Origin: Selaginella moellendorffii
Taxonomy: Eukaryota > Plantae > Lycopodiophyta
Direction: 5' to 3'
Assembly (NCBI RefSeq): GCF_000143415.4
Contig: NW_003314413.1
Coordinates: forward strand, 205,210-269,209
Length of the DNA: 64,000 bases
Shown here: positions 62,101-64,000 of the stretch, one piece after another
How positions within the stretch are numbered: the first letter of the stretch is position 1
Layout: each line of letters starts with the position of its first letter
The notes under the pieces: generated by a model
What the model saw: only the letters and a program-made list of their open reading frames with translations
The model's database searches: none
Told to the model about the DNA's origin: nothing
Position numbers and translations under genes: made by a program

Positions 62101-64000
62101 CACAAGAAGTGTTGCTAAGGAACTAAGAGGTGCGAGAAGCTCACCAGAGAGGTGAGTTGCCAATAGAAGAGAAAATAGATTATGCAAAACACAATGGACT
62201 CATCTACTATAAACAAATGAAGGTGTATGTTTCAGAAGGGGAATTAAGGAAGGTAGCCTTAAAAGAGTATCATGACGGACCTCTTGCGGGATATGGTAGA
62301 GTGCCCAAGACGATGGGCTTACTTAACAGAAAGTATCACTGGCCAGATATGGCTAAAGACTTCCAAAACTATATAAAGACATGTCCAACATATTAGCAAG
62401 TCAAAGCCATGACTAAGGCTAATAGGGGCTTGTTACAAAGCATCCCAATTCTAGATCGTCCGTGGAAATGTCTTATGATAGACTTTATCACAGGCCTCCT
62501 TCCAAGCAAGGGGTTCAATGCGGTATTTGTGGTGGTGGACCGATTTTCAAAGATGGCACATTTCATACCCACCACAACAAAAGTGGATGCGGAAGGTGTG
62601 GCAAAATTGTTCCTCAAACAAGTGGTTCGAGTGCGGGTAAGGCCAGAAAAGATTATCTCAGATTGAGATAAGATCTTCACCAGTGGGTTCTGGAGAACTC
62701 TTCTGAAACAGTATTGCACCAAGTTGAAATTCAGCACAGCCTATCACCCACAGACAAGTATTGGGTATTAAGTCAAGTTTGATGGCATTAACACTTCTTG
62801 ACAGACGGACAAACGGAAAGGGTGAATAAGCAGCTGGAGGATTATGTGTGATGCTATGTCTCGGGAGACCAAACTAATTGGGTAAGTCATTAGGGACTTG
62901 CAGAAATGTGTTATAACAACTCACCACATTCGAGTATCAGGGTAAGTCCATGGGAAGTCATCAATGGGCGAACTAATAAAGGTCCTGTGGAACTCGGTGT
63001 GGCCAAGTATCATGGAGAATTACCCATAGTGGAGGCATTCACGGCAGAAAGACTCAACATTTGAAATCTAGTGAGGGATTCCTTGGAACAGGCTCAACAA
63101 AGGCGAACCAAGTATGCAAACTAGAAGTGCTCAACAAAGGCGAACCAAGTACGCGAACTAGAAATGCTAGGATGTAGAGTTTTAAGCTGGGGAGAAGGTG
63201 TGGTTGAACACCATGAACCTTAGGCTACCAAGTGGGATCAGCCGGAAATTGACCCAAAGGTAAAAATGCATGTATTCCTATAAAATGAATTAATCTTGAG
63301 TTCCTCAAATAAGTTCATAAGGCCTTATGAAATTGAGGCACGAATCGGTAAAGTGGTTTACCATCTCTGACTTCCTCGAGAGATGGGGAAGATGCACCTA
63401 ATGTTCTATATGAACTTACTCAAGCCATATTTTGAGGATCTGCTTCACAAGGACCAAGTAAGACCTTTACTTGAGGTTATCCAAGGGGAAAAGGAATACG
63501 AAATTAAGGCCATCCTTAATGCATGCAAGAGCAAGCGACAAAGATGCGAAGTGAGAGAGTTCCATGTGAAGTGGAAAGGATTTTTATACTGTGAAGCAAC
63601 ATGGGAACCAAAGGAGAACCTTGCAAATGCACAAAATTTAGTAGAGGAATTTTTGCATAGCAAAACTCTATGTACTTACGCAAAGTTCAATTAAAAGTAT
63701 CAATTTGTGAAGTTGAGCAATGGCATATGTTAGGACCCGAAGGCGCGCTGAAAATAAACTAATTAGCATGGGTTAGTTATGTCGACCAAGCATAGGGAAC
63801 TACACCCAACTCCCCACGGAAATGTCGAATCCATAGATGTATTCTACAGAGGTTGGGTTCAAGTCCCAACCCCCTAGTAAAGCAAGGTTGGGTTCAAGTC
63901 CTGACCCCATATTAGGGCGTGGTGAGGTGAGGGGTATAGGGACACCTTTATTTCATTGTCATGGGCTCTTAGCTGGGGAGGTTAACTTAGGCACACCACT

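Larger units (their letters stand above)
44947..64000 (+). mobile_element. Chromovirus copy B, split: gag-PR-RT start about 45000-46342 and RH-INT-chromodomain-3' UTR 61808-64000; 5' LTR missing
   Basis: CYNCGEVGH knuckle, [30 protein letters not shown]; resumes FAVVKALKE at 61808; colinear with copy A. Confidence 0.88.

Overview
Eukaryotic plant genomic DNA. The 50-90 bp GT-AG introns, very tight gene spacing, PLS-type PPR debris and a Tcn1-like chromovirus suggest a non-seed plant such as the lycophyte Selaginella (inference, not verified). Gene-rich parts carry a SWEET transporter head-to-head with a PWI+RRM RNA-binding gene, a class-A GATA factor, an unassigned coiled-coil gene, an LRR-XI-like receptor kinase, a matrix metalloproteinase, fibrillarin, two strictosidine-synthase-like genes (one truncated) and a GH18 class III chitinase with a 1-bp frameshift. 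About half of the window (19.5-29 kb, 34.5-41.3 kb, 44.9-64 kb) is nested LTR-retrotransposon DNA, with a 100-N gap at 38746-38845. The most notable signals are non-coding. (1) A truncated LTR ending GCTTACA has captured the 5S rRNA internal promoter (Cassandra-like) yet shares LTR motifs with local chromoviruses. (2) A ~300-nt multi-hairpin module with tandem tRNA T-arm/B-box mimics and a covarying GACA-loop hairpin is shared between a chromovirus 3' UTR and a young non-coding LARD-like element. (3) A Tcn1-like element has a self-priming PBS and a PEG10-type GGGAAAC -1 frameshift site. (4) A convergent gene-pair junction is triplicated with reciprocal decay. All coordinates were read by eye; no searches were run.
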